Shown here piece after piece: positions 33,790-41,616 of a stretch of DNA of 64,000 nucleotides. A program made the translations under genes and the position numbers. The notes under the pieces were generated by a model. That model saw only the letters and a program-made list of their open reading frames with translations. It did not search any database and was not told the DNA's origin. The stretch is from contig JANWLD010000003.1 in assembly GCA_025451045.1 (NCBI GenBank), forward strand, positions 133,690 to 197,689, written 5' to 3'. The DNA is from Candidatus Saccharimonadales bacterium (GTDB taxonomy: Bacteria > Patescibacteriota > Saccharimonadia > Saccharimonadales > 2-12-FULL-41-12). How positions within the stretch are numbered: the first letter of the stretch is position 1; each line of letters opens with the position of its first letter.

Positions 33790-34050
33790 TTAGGCGGGTT
33801 TAGCTTCGAGCCGGTTGATTCGTTTTTCGTGATTTTGAACTTGATGATTTGTATCGGTAACTGCTGCTTTGACAGTTTTCATATCCGTTTTAAGTTCCGA
33901 TATATCATCAGCCACTGGAGCCAGTTTTTTATCAATCAACACACCATTGTTTTCTAAAAAGATTGCAAACTTGCGGTCTAGTTCTTCTAATATTAACGCA
34001 GTTTTGTCCTCAAAAGCCCGCAATATTGCCTGTTTATCGTCTTCACTCAT
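33790..34050 (-). CDS. Hypothetical coiled-coil protein
   Basis: 86-aa ORF co-oriented immediately upstream of xth. Confidence 0.45.
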   Translation of the reverse strand: MSEDDKQAILRAFEDKTALILEELDRKFAIFLENNGVLIDKKLAPVADDISELKTDMKTVKAAVTDTNHQVQNHEKRINRLEAKPA

Positions 34051-34087
34051 AGCTTTTAGTTTAGCATTTTTGATATACTAGGCGTCA

Positions 34088-34795
34088 ATGGCTTACAAAA
34101 GAGTATTACTCAAAATCTCAGGTGAACAGCTGGCCGGCAAATATGACAGTGGTTTTGATACCGAACATGCCGAATGGCTGGCTCGTGAAGTCAAAAAAGT
34201 AGTAGAAAAAGGACAGCAAGTCGCCATTATGGTGGGCGGCGGCAATATTGTCCGCGGCGCGCAGATTGCCGGACACGGTATACACCGAGTCACGGCTGAC
34301 CATATGGGGATGCTCGCGACCATGATAAACGCTCTTGCTCTGACAGATGTTTTTGAGAACGAGGGACTCAAAACCCGCTGTCTGAGCAATATCTTTTCCG
34401 ACCAGGTAGCTGAAAAATTCATCCACCGGCTGGCTAACAAGCACTTCCAAAAAGACCGTGTAGTTATCTTGGCCGGCGGTACTGGGCGGCCATATGTGAC
34501 GACAGATACTGCCGCAGTCAATCTGGCGTTGGAGCTGGACTGCGATATTGTGCTCAAAGCAACCAAGGTAGACGGTGTTTATGATGCCGACCCGGCTAAA
34601 AATTCCGGCGCAAAGAAATTCGAAAGCCTTACCTTCCAGCAAGCTGTTGAGAATCCATCAATAAAAGTTATGGACAAGGCCGCGTTGGCTCTGGCAATGG
34701 AGCATGGCATACCGATACTTATCTTTGATGCATTAAAGCAAGGCAATATCGAAGCCGCCATCAAAGGCGAGTCTGTTGGTACGAAAATAAGTTAA
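34088..34795 (+). CDS. pyrH: UMP kinase
   Basis: YKRVLLKISGEQL, GGGNIVRG and TKVDGVYDADP motifs. Confidence 0.93.
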   Translation: MAYKRVLLKISGEQLAGKYDSGFDTEHAEWLAREVKKVVEKGQQVAIMVGGGNIVRGAQIAGHGIHRVTADHMGMLATMINALALTDVFENEGLKTRCLSNIFSDQVAEKFIHRLANKHFQKDRVVILAGGTGRPYVTTDTAAVNLALELDCDIVLKATKVDGVYDADPAKNSGAKKFESLTFQQAVENPSIKVMDKAALALAMEHGIPILIFDALKQGNIEAAIKGESVGTKIS

Positions 34796-34805
34796 GGAGC
34801 TACTT

Positions 34806-35531
34806 ATGGCCAAAGAATATGACTTTACGGGGCTCAAAGCCCTTTTTATAAACTGCACGCTTAAAAAATCGCCGGAAAAAAGCCATACCCAACTTCTTGT
34901 AGATATCAGCCAAAAAATTATGGAAAAGCACGGGGTTAAAACTGATGTTATCAGGGCGCTTGACCACGATATTGCCATTGGTGTCTATCCTGATATGCGC
35001 GAGCACGGCTGGAAAAAAGATGAATGGCCGGTTTTGTTTAAAAAAGTCGCAGAGGCTGACATCCTGGTTATTGCGGGCCCGATTTGGCTGGGCGATAACA
35101 GCTCGGTAACCAAAATGATTATCGAACGATTATATGCTCATTCCGGCGATTTTAACGACAAAGGCCAATATGTTTATTACGGCAAAGCCGGCGGCGCGCT
35201 GATAACCGGCAATGAGGACGGCATTAAACACTGCGCGATGAATATTCTCTATTCTCTCCAGCACATTGGTTATTCTATCCCGCCAGCAGCCGATGCTGGA
35301 TGGATTGGCGAAGCCGGTCCCGGACCGAGCTATGGCGACAAGCTCGATGATGGCACCATTGTTGGCAAAGACAATGATTTTACCAATCGAAACACAACCT
35401 TTATGACCTGGAACTTGATGCACTTGGCTAAGATGCTAAAAGATAACGGCGGCTTTCCAGCTTATGGGAATTTACGCAAAGAATGGGACGCCGGTACGCA
35501 CTTCGACTTCGAAAACCCGGAATACAGGTAG
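34806..35531 (+). CDS. Flavodoxin-like fold NAD(P)H-dependent FMN reductase family protein
   Basis: Family-typical LFINCTLKKSPEKSHT and ADILVIAGPIWLG segments. Confidence 0.7.
   Translation: MAKEYDFTGLKALFINCTLKKSPEKSHTQLLVDISQKIMEKHGVKTDVIRALDHDIAIGVYPDMREHGWKKDEWPVLFKKVAEADILVIAGPIWLGDNSSVTKMIIERLYAHSGDFNDKGQYVYYGKAGGALITGNEDGIKHCAMNILYSLQHIGYSIPPAADAGWIGEAGPGPSYGDKLDDGTIVGKDNDFTNRNTTFMTWNLMHLAKMLKDNGGFPAYGNLRKEWDAGTHFDFENPEYR
35512..35531 (+). repeat. Left copy of a 20-bp direct repeat (3' end of the reductase gene)
   Basis: AAAACCCGGAATACAGGTAG; the second copy at 36632-36651 differs at one position (C/T). Confidence 0.85.
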
Positions 35532-35545
35532 GATAATAAATTACT

Positions 35546-36517
35546 ATGACATTGATTATTTCAAAAGACGGGAAAGATGCTCGACGCCTAAATCCAACCC
35601 AGATAGACAAAGAAGATTATCTTCAACAATATATTTATGACAACCCTGATGCGGTGCCAGTCTATGAAATTGATGAGGACATCCGTTTACTTATTCTGGC
35701 CCGGGAATTTGGCACGGCCAGCGGGCCGATTGATGCACTTGGTATAGACCAGCATGGCGATATTTACTTGATTGAAACAAAGCTATACAAGAATCCTGAT
35801 AAACGCACTGTCGTTGCTCAAGTACTTGATTACGGAGCCTCGCTTTGGCGGAGTTCTATAGATTTTAATGACTTCACGTTGCAACTGGATAAGCATGTTG
35901 CAAAACAGTTTAACGCAAGCCTGATTGAAAAACTTCAAGAATTTTTCGACCTTGATGATAATGCTACTGATTCACTGCTGGACAATATGAAATCAAATCT
36001 TGCTGGTGGCACCTTCAAGTTTGTGGTGTTGATGGATAACCTGGAGCGTCGGCTCAAAGACCTGATCCTGTTTGTTAATCGCAATAGCCAGTTTGATGTC
36101 TACGCGGTTGAACTTGAATATTATAAACATCAGGATTTTGAAATTATTATTCCGAAGCTGTACGGAGCTGAGATTAAAAAAGAGGTGACCGGGACTAGGA
36201 TTTCTCAGCGGACGCTAACTGTGGAAGAATTCTGGGGTGGGCTGGCTGGTAATGTTCCTGCAGAGCAATTCGATGCATTAAAATCGCTGATAGAAAATCT
36301 CATCTCAAAAGCAGATGAGGTAAGGACGGGCACTAAAAGCATTGGATTGGTTTTTAATAAGTTTACTGATAACAAACCTCTGTTCGGTTTTTACACTGCC
36401 GGAAGTGTATCGCTAAATTTTGGACATATAATCCAACAGGAAAAGAAAGAGTTGCTTCAATCACTGCTTAAAAAGTACCTGCCTGAGGTCTGGAAAATAC
36501 CGAAGTTTCAAAGATAA
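35546..36517 (+). CDS. PD-(D/E)xK (NucS/DUF91-like) nuclease-fold protein with an uncharacterised C-terminal domain
   Basis: N-terminal pattern E..L...I.....REF....GPIDALGID..GDIYLIETK gives D...E.K catalytic-type spacing; no match recognised for the C-terminal 220 aa. Confidence 0.55.
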   Translation: MTLIISKDGKDARRLNPTQIDKEDYLQQYIYDNPDAVPVYEIDEDIRLLILAREFGTASGPIDALGIDQHGDIYLIETKLYKNPDKRTVVAQVLDYGASLWRSSIDFNDFTLQLDKHVAKQFNASLIEKLQEFFDLDDNATDSLLDNMKSNLAGGTFKFVVLMDNLERRLKDLILFVNRNSQFDVYAVELEYYKHQDFEIIIPKLYGAEIKKEVTGTRISQRTLTVEEFWGGLAGNVPAEQFDALKSLIENLISKADEVRTGTKSIGLVFNKFTDNKPLFGFYTAGSVSLNFGHIIQQEKKELLQSLLKKYLPEVWKIPKFQR

Positions 36518-36631
36518 GACTTATTTAAAACGTTTCCAGGGCTTTCAGCAAACGAAAATGTTGAAGGATTACAAAAAGTATTCGATGAATTATTAAAATG
36601 AGCCAATCTCAAATAATAAATATTAACCACA

Positions 36632-36651
36632 AAAACCCGGAATATAGGTAG
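36632..36651 (+). repeat. Right copy of the 20-bp direct repeat, abutting the TauE start codon
   Basis: AAAACCCGGAATATAGGTAG followed directly by ATG at 36652. Confidence 0.85.
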
Positions 36652-37389
36652 ATGCTCGAAGTTATCGGTGCGGTTATTGCCGGATTTTGCGGAGGCTTGA
36701 TCGGTACGATAAGCGGCGGAGGCGGTCTGATAACCATACCCTATTTACTCTTTACTGGTCTGCCTATTGATGTTGCGATAGCTACTTCGCGATTATCGGC
36801 GTTTGGAATTGGCGCCGGCTCATTCCGAAATTTTTATGTTAATAAAAAGATAAAATGGAAATTTGTACCCTATTTTGTAGTTGTTGCTATCATTGGAGCA
36901 ATCATAGGCGCGCTACTGGTGGTACATCTTGACAATGAGATTTTAGAGAAAATTGCCGGCGCGGTATTACTGCTGCTGTTACCGACACTGTTTGTAAATA
37001 AAGACTTCGGGCTAAAAGAGCTAAAAACCGGCAGGATTAAAAAAGTCTCGGGAATGTTCGTTTATCTCGCAGCGATGATTTATGGCGGGTTTTTTGGTCC
37101 CGGTGCCGGAGTATTTTTAGTGTATATTTTGGCTTATTTTTTTGGATTAACTTTTATCCGTGCAATGGCAACTAATTTAGTAGCTTGGATGGCTTTGACC
37201 GTCGTAGCTTTTACCATCTTTGCTGTCCATGGCCTAATAGATTACCGTTTGGGACTAGCTATGTTAGTAGGGGTTACATTGGGTGGCTATGTAGGCTCAA
37301 AATTGGCCATTGAAAAAGGCGAAGGGTTTGTAAAGTTGGTACTTACCATAGTTATTTTAGCTACCAGTGCCAAACTGCTCTTGTTTTAA
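36652..37389 (+). CDS. TauE/SafE family sulfite/anion exporter-like membrane protein
   Basis: 245 aa, ~8 TM, Gly-rich N-terminal helix (GFCGGLIGTISGGGGLITIP) typical of the family. Confidence 0.82.
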   Translation: MLEVIGAVIAGFCGGLIGTISGGGGLITIPYLLFTGLPIDVAIATSRLSAFGIGAGSFRNFYVNKKIKWKFVPYFVVVAIIGAIIGALLVVHLDNEILEKIAGAVLLLLLPTLFVNKDFGLKELKTGRIKKVSGMFVYLAAMIYGGFFGPGAGVFLVYILAYFFGLTFIRAMATNLVAWMALTVVAFTIFAVHGLIDYRLGLAMLVGVTLGGYVGSKLAIEKGEGFVKLVLTIVILATSAKLLLF

Positions 37390-37748
37390 TTACCAGGCAA
37401 ACGTTCGACTGGTATATCAAAACCCGCAGTGTCGCACTGTACTACGACTAAGTCGCTGCTTATGTAGGGGATGCTCTTGGTCGGCACAAGGTCTTCGCCA
37501 AGCTTGATTACCACCTTCCCGCAAGATACAGCATTGACATCTTCCGGTGGCACTTGAAAGGCCTTTAAGCTGGCGGCTTTGTCGCTGGCTTCACGGGCGG
37601 TGGCCGGGATTTTGATAGGCTCTACCTCGTCTACAGCGCCTATCTGAGCATTTATGCCAACGAGAGCACCGCCTCCAAGCAGAACAAGTAGTGCTGCCGC
37701 TGCCTTTCCTTTAAGGCCTATTTTTTCACCAAAGGTTTCATTACCCAT
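37386..37748 (-). CDS. Hypothetical secreted/anchored protein
   Basis: 120 aa with an N-terminal signal-anchor (AAAALLVLLGGGALVG). Confidence 0.5.
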   Translation of the reverse strand: MGNETFGEKIGLKGKAAAALLVLLGGGALVGINAQIGAVDEVEPIKIPATAREASDKAASLKAFQVPPEDVNAVSCGKVVIKLGEDLVPTKSIPYISSDLVVVQCDTAGFDIPVERLPGN

Positions 37749-37793
37749 TCAACAGATGATAACAGAGATAATCTGACTAACCACGAGCATTTA

Positions 37794-38255
37794 TTAAAAA
37801 TCCTGGCTTTTGCGGCCACCCTTTAGGTAGTCCTGCCGGAATTTTTTGACCATTTCTATGTAGTCGGTTAAATAATTTTCCCCGAAACCGTCACGGTCCC
37901 ATTCCTCAGTCGTCGTAAATTTTAGGTTTTCTTCGGGAACAATGTAAACAAGAGCCTGTATTTTGTTGCCATTTTCTAACTTGATTTCAGTTTTAAATTT
38001 TTTATAAAAATCATCTTCAAAAGTGTCCAAAAGTTCTAATTCTTCAGGTGTAATATCTGTGTGGACCATGCCGGATACGGACGATTCGCTGTTAGTAACG
38101 ACAAGACCCGGGTAGCGTTTATCTTTAATTCTTATTCTTTTGAAGCCGGTTATCGTACCTGAAATACCCTCAAGAGGTCGGCCAAGTAATGCAGATACTA
38201 TCTCGCCAAAACTAAGTGTGCCATAAACAAAAATTGTGCTGAGTGATGTATTCAT
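37794..38255 (-). CDS. Gamma-glutamylcyclotransferase-like (AIG2/GGACT fold) protein
   Basis: IFVYGTLSFGEIV N-terminal signature; start moved to MNTSL because the longer track ORF runs into the tRNA-Ser gene. Confidence 0.68.
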   Translation of the reverse strand: MNTSLSTIFVYGTLSFGEIVSALLGRPLEGISGTITGFKRIRIKDKRYPGLVVTNSESSVSGMVHTDITPEELELLDTFEDDFYKKFKTEIKLENGNKIQALVYIVPEENLKFTTTEEWDRDGFGENYLTDYIEMVKKFRQDYLKGGRKSQDF

Positions 38256-38266
38256 AATTCTGAATC

Positions 38267-38356
38267 TGGCGGAGAGAACAGGATTTGAACCTGCGAGAGA
38301 CTTGCGCCTCAACACGCTTTCCAAGCGTGCGCCTTAAACCACTCGGCCACCTCTCC
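38267..38356 (-). tRNA. tRNA-Ser (anticodon GGA), long variable arm, CCA encoded
   Basis: Reverse complement: GGAGAGG...CACGC-TTGGAAA-GCGTG...GCAGG-TTCAAAT-CCTGT-TCTCTCC-G-CCA. Confidence 0.9.
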
Positions 38357-38414
38357 TTAGTGTGAATGTCAGATAAATAAATTATAGCGAAAAAAGGTGT
38401 AAAAAACACCTTGC

Positions 38415-38486
38415 CCCGTAGTAGACTTTTCATTGGTCAAACCGGTAATTTTGAGGCCAAAATTATATGAAAAGCTCACTACGGGG
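38415..38486 (+). mobile_element. Palindromic insertion element, copy B
   Basis: Plus strand reads CCCGTAGTAGAC...GCTCACTACGGGG, flanked by 5-bp direct repeat CTTGC (38410-38414, 38487-38491). Inner stem TTTTCAT/ATGAAAA. Confidence 0.55.
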
Positions 38487-38603
38487 CTTGCAAGCAGTAG
38501 ACAGAACAACGTAAAATATTATTTAACTGGCCTCACCCTCTCGCGCTTTAACGCTTGCGTTTGCCGTCGGGCTGGTTTTAGACAACCTTAATAAACAAAA
38601 CCC

Positions 38604-39476
38604 ATGTCACTAATAAAGCTCAAAGACGTTAGCAAACTCTATGGCCTTGGAGAAGCTACTACGGTAGCCCTCGAAGACGTTGAGTTAGTTATCGAAAAGG
38701 GCGAATTCGTCGCTATTATGGGCCCGAGCGGTTCGGGGAAAACGACACTGCTCAATGTTATCGGGTTACTTGACCGCCCCAGCCATGGCCTATATCAACT
38801 CGATACTCGCTCTGTCGAACGGCTTAAGCCTAATGCCCGAGCCAAAGTCCGCAGGGATAAAATCGGTTTCGTCTTCCAATCATCCAACCTATTGCCGCGT
38901 ATGACGGTGCTGGATAACGTTGCCCTGCCCTTGGTTTACAAAGGCCGGTTGGCCACCCGGCGGGTTAAGATAGCCGAGAAAATGCTGGATCGGGTCGGTT
39001 TGACCGACCGGCAGTACTTTTATCCGCATCAACTTAGCGGCGGCCAGATCCAGCGGGTGGCAATTGCCCGCGCCCTTATAAATGACCCGGCCATTATCAT
39101 CGCGGATGAGCCGACGGGCAACCTTGACAGCATAGCTTCACGGGTAGTTATGGAGCTGCTAAGGGATATTAACAAGCTGGGCAATACCGTACTGATGGTT
39201 ACCCATAATCCGGAGCTGACCAGATACGCCAGCCGGGTGCTTTATATGCATGACGGGGCTATTCGCCATGACGTGCAAAAAGAGGTCGGTGTGGCCGCGA
39301 CTACCCGGGAAACCAAACTATTCGCGCCGGAAGGCTCGGTTGAGGATGATCTTCAGAGCGTGTCTGCCAAGATGGCGCTGGAAGAAGAAAAGGAGTCCAA
39401 GAAACCAGCCAAGAAGCAAAAGAGCCGCAAACCGAAACTAAAAACCAAGCCGAGGAAGAAAAATGCTAAGCGATAA
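38604..39476 (+). CDS. ABC transporter ATP-binding protein (MacB/LolD type) with a Lys-rich C-terminal tail
   Basis: Walker A GPSGSGKTT, signature LSGGQIQR, Walker B IIIADEPT; tail KKPAKKQKSRKPKLKTKPRKKNAKR. Confidence 0.9.
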   Translation: MSLIKLKDVSKLYGLGEATTVALEDVELVIEKGEFVAIMGPSGSGKTTLLNVIGLLDRPSHGLYQLDTRSVERLKPNARAKVRRDKIGFVFQSSNLLPRMTVLDNVALPLVYKGRLATRRVKIAEKMLDRVGLTDRQYFYPHQLSGGQIQRVAIARALINDPAIIIADEPTGNLDSIASRVVMELLRDINKLGNTVLMVTHNPELTRYASRVLYMHDGAIRHDVQKEVGVAATTRETKLFAPEGSVEDDLQSVSAKMALEEEKESKKPAKKQKSRKPKLKTKPRKKNAKR

Positions 39477-40695
39477 CTTGCGCATGGCCATCACCTCGAT
39501 ACGCTCCAATCGCCTAAGGAGCTTCCTGACTTCGCTGGGCATCATTATCGGTGTATTTTGCGTAGTGACCAGCATAAGTCTGGCCGACGGCGTGAAAAAC
39601 CAAGTCATCAGTGAGACTAGCAAGCTGGGCAACGATGTTCTGACTATCCGACCGGGGAAGCCTCTTCATAGCGGTGAAAAAGGAATTATTTCTGAAGTTA
39701 ATATCTTAGGTACGGCCTCTACCGGCGCGGTGTTAAGCGAAAAAGATTTGGTAATCGTACGTGATAATAGTGAGCTCAGGGAGATTGCGCCGCTTAACCT
39801 TGTCTCAGCCGAACCGGTATTTAGTAACAAAACCTTAAAAGAAGCAGTCATTATCGGTACTACTCCGGAACTGCCGGACATATTTAGTCAGGAAATAGAG
39901 TTTGGCTCGTTCTTCGGGGCCGCTGATAAAGACAGGAATGTAGCTGTTGTAGGAGCCGGCGTAGCCGAAAAACTGTTTGGTGAAAATGTACCGATAGGCC
40001 AGCACTTCACTATCCGCGGCCAGACTTTCGCCGTACAAGGTGTTTTTGAACGGTATAAGACCGCTTCTGTTTCCCAGGGGATTGATTTCAATAACGCAAT
40101 TTTCGTCCCTTATCATCCGGCAAAAGCAGTAAACGGCGACTCAGCCAATTCTTATGAAATACTGGCTAAAGTTAATGACGTAAACCGGATTGATGAGGCC
40201 GAAACCTCAATCAAAAACGACCTATTGCAGGCTCACGGCGGCTTGGAAGATTTTACAATATTTCAGTCCGGCGATACCCAGTCGGTTACCGGCAGTGTGC
40301 TCGATCTTATTACTACCATGGTACTGGGCATAGCAATTATCGCGATACTGGTTGGCGGTATAGGCATCATGGATATTATGCTGGTTTCGGTGTCTGAGCG
40401 GACCCGCGAAATCGGCATCCGAAAAGCCGTCGGCGCGACTAATCACCAGATAAGAAAACAGTTCCTCCTGGAAGCGATAGTCTTGAGCGCTTGGGGTGCT
40501 ATAATCGGCGTAATAATATCAATAATCTTTAACGTCGTTATTCGAGTTACAACCAATCTGCAGCCGTCTATCCCGTGGCCGGTAGTACTTTTTTCGGTAG
40601 TAGCTTCAATCATCTTTGGGGTAATATTCGGTACCGCGCCAGCTGTCAAGGCATCACAAAAAGACCCGATAGACGCTCTGCGCAGCGGCTTTTAG
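39463..40695 (+). CDS. ABC transporter permease (MacB/FtsX family)
   Basis: N-terminal TM, large periplasmic domain, C-terminal FtsX-type 3-TM bundle; overlaps the ATPase gene by 14 nt. Confidence 0.88.
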   Translation: MLSDNLRMAITSIRSNRLRSFLTSLGIIIGVFCVVTSISLADGVKNQVISETSKLGNDVLTIRPGKPLHSGEKGIISEVNILGTASTGAVLSEKDLVIVRDNSELREIAPLNLVSAEPVFSNKTLKEAVIIGTTPELPDIFSQEIEFGSFFGAADKDRNVAVVGAGVAEKLFGENVPIGQHFTIRGQTFAVQGVFERYKTASVSQGIDFNNAIFVPYHPAKAVNGDSANSYEILAKVNDVNRIDEAETSIKNDLLQAHGGLEDFTIFQSGDTQSVTGSVLDLITTMVLGIAIIAILVGGIGIMDIMLVSVSERTREIGIRKAVGATNHQIRKQFLLEAIVLSAWGAIIGVIISIIFNVVIRVTTNLQPSIPWPVVLFSVVASIIFGVIFGTAPAVKASQKDPIDALRSGF

Positions 40696-40696
40696 C

Positions 40697-41464
40697 CTAA
40701 AGTTCTTGTCCTATAGCGCTTACCAACTGGTCCATTGTCGGTCGGTTCTGTGGATGGGGGTTAAGGGCTGACTGGATGACAATCCGCATACCTGTTGGCG
40801 TAAAACTGGGAAAATCTCCTGTTAGCTCGGGCGGTGCCGCGGGGTCTAGTCGACCCATAAATTCCTCGTATTCAACTGTTGGTCCCAAGTCCGTTCCGCG
40901 CAGCGCATACAGCAAAGTACGGGCAGCCTCGTAAACGTCGCTTTTGCTGTTGGGACTGGAGCCATTTATTACTTCCGGCGCAGTGAAAGCCGGTTCAACG
41001 TGAGGTCTATGGGCCTCTCCAGCCTGCGCTCCGATTAAAACAGCTTTCAGGCTTGGTATGGCAAGGGCTTTTTCGTCAATTACCGTGTTATAAAAACCGG
41101 AAACCGCGCCGGTTTCATGAGTTCTGTCGATAAATATCGTTTTCGGGTTAATATCGCCATGGGCCTCTATTTCCTTGTCCTCATGCATTTCGCTGACCAG
41201 TCTCAATGCGTCCAGAGTTACTTGGGTAGCCTCTATCCAATCTATTGCTCCGGCTTCTATAGCCTTTTCAAGCGAGCCGTCGGTTAGCTCTGTATTTACC
41301 CTATAAATAGCCAGTCCGGATTGGGTTATAGTGATTTCGTCTACCGGTACTATGCCGTGGCGCTCCAGTCCGGCGTCTATTATTTCCAACCCATTATCGA
41401 ACTCCCCAGTGGCTTCGGGGCTTTCGGATACTTTTAATTGTGGTTGTGTGAGGTCAGTTTTCAT
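40697..41464 (-). CDS. Degenerate Ser/Thr protein kinase-like protein (C-lobe motifs only)
   Basis: HGDINPKTIF (HRD-type loop variant), FTAPEV (APE), SDVYEAARTLLYAL and RPT near the end; no glycine-rich loop, VAIK Lys or DFG recognisable. Confidence 0.5.
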   Translation of the reverse strand: MKTDLTQPQLKVSESPEATGEFDNGLEIIDAGLERHGIVPVDEITITQSGLAIYRVNTELTDGSLEKAIEAGAIDWIEATQVTLDALRLVSEMHEDKEIEAHGDINPKTIFIDRTHETGAVSGFYNTVIDEKALAIPSLKAVLIGAQAGEAHRPHVEPAFTAPEVINGSSPNSKSDVYEAARTLLYALRGTDLGPTVEYEEFMGRLDPAAPPELTGDFPSFTPTGMRIVIQSALNPHPQNRPTMDQLVSAIGQEL

Positions 41465-41616
41465 CGTTAAATTGTTAAATACTTACATCTACACCGTAAC
41501 ACCTTAAATTTGTGTTTTTTGCTAATTTACAGTTTTAGTCATATGAATTTTTGAAAATATGTCAAATATATCATATGTGATAACTTTATGCTTATGTTTA
41601 GCTGAAAATCGTTGTA

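Noticed and set aside
38256-38324. N-terminal extensions of several track ORFs (38324, 8365, 17520, 25179, 12407, 6523, 27833)
   Set aside because: The extensions overlap a tRNA gene, an upstream gene or the inserted element. They also lack family similarity. Internal Met codons with better context were used instead.
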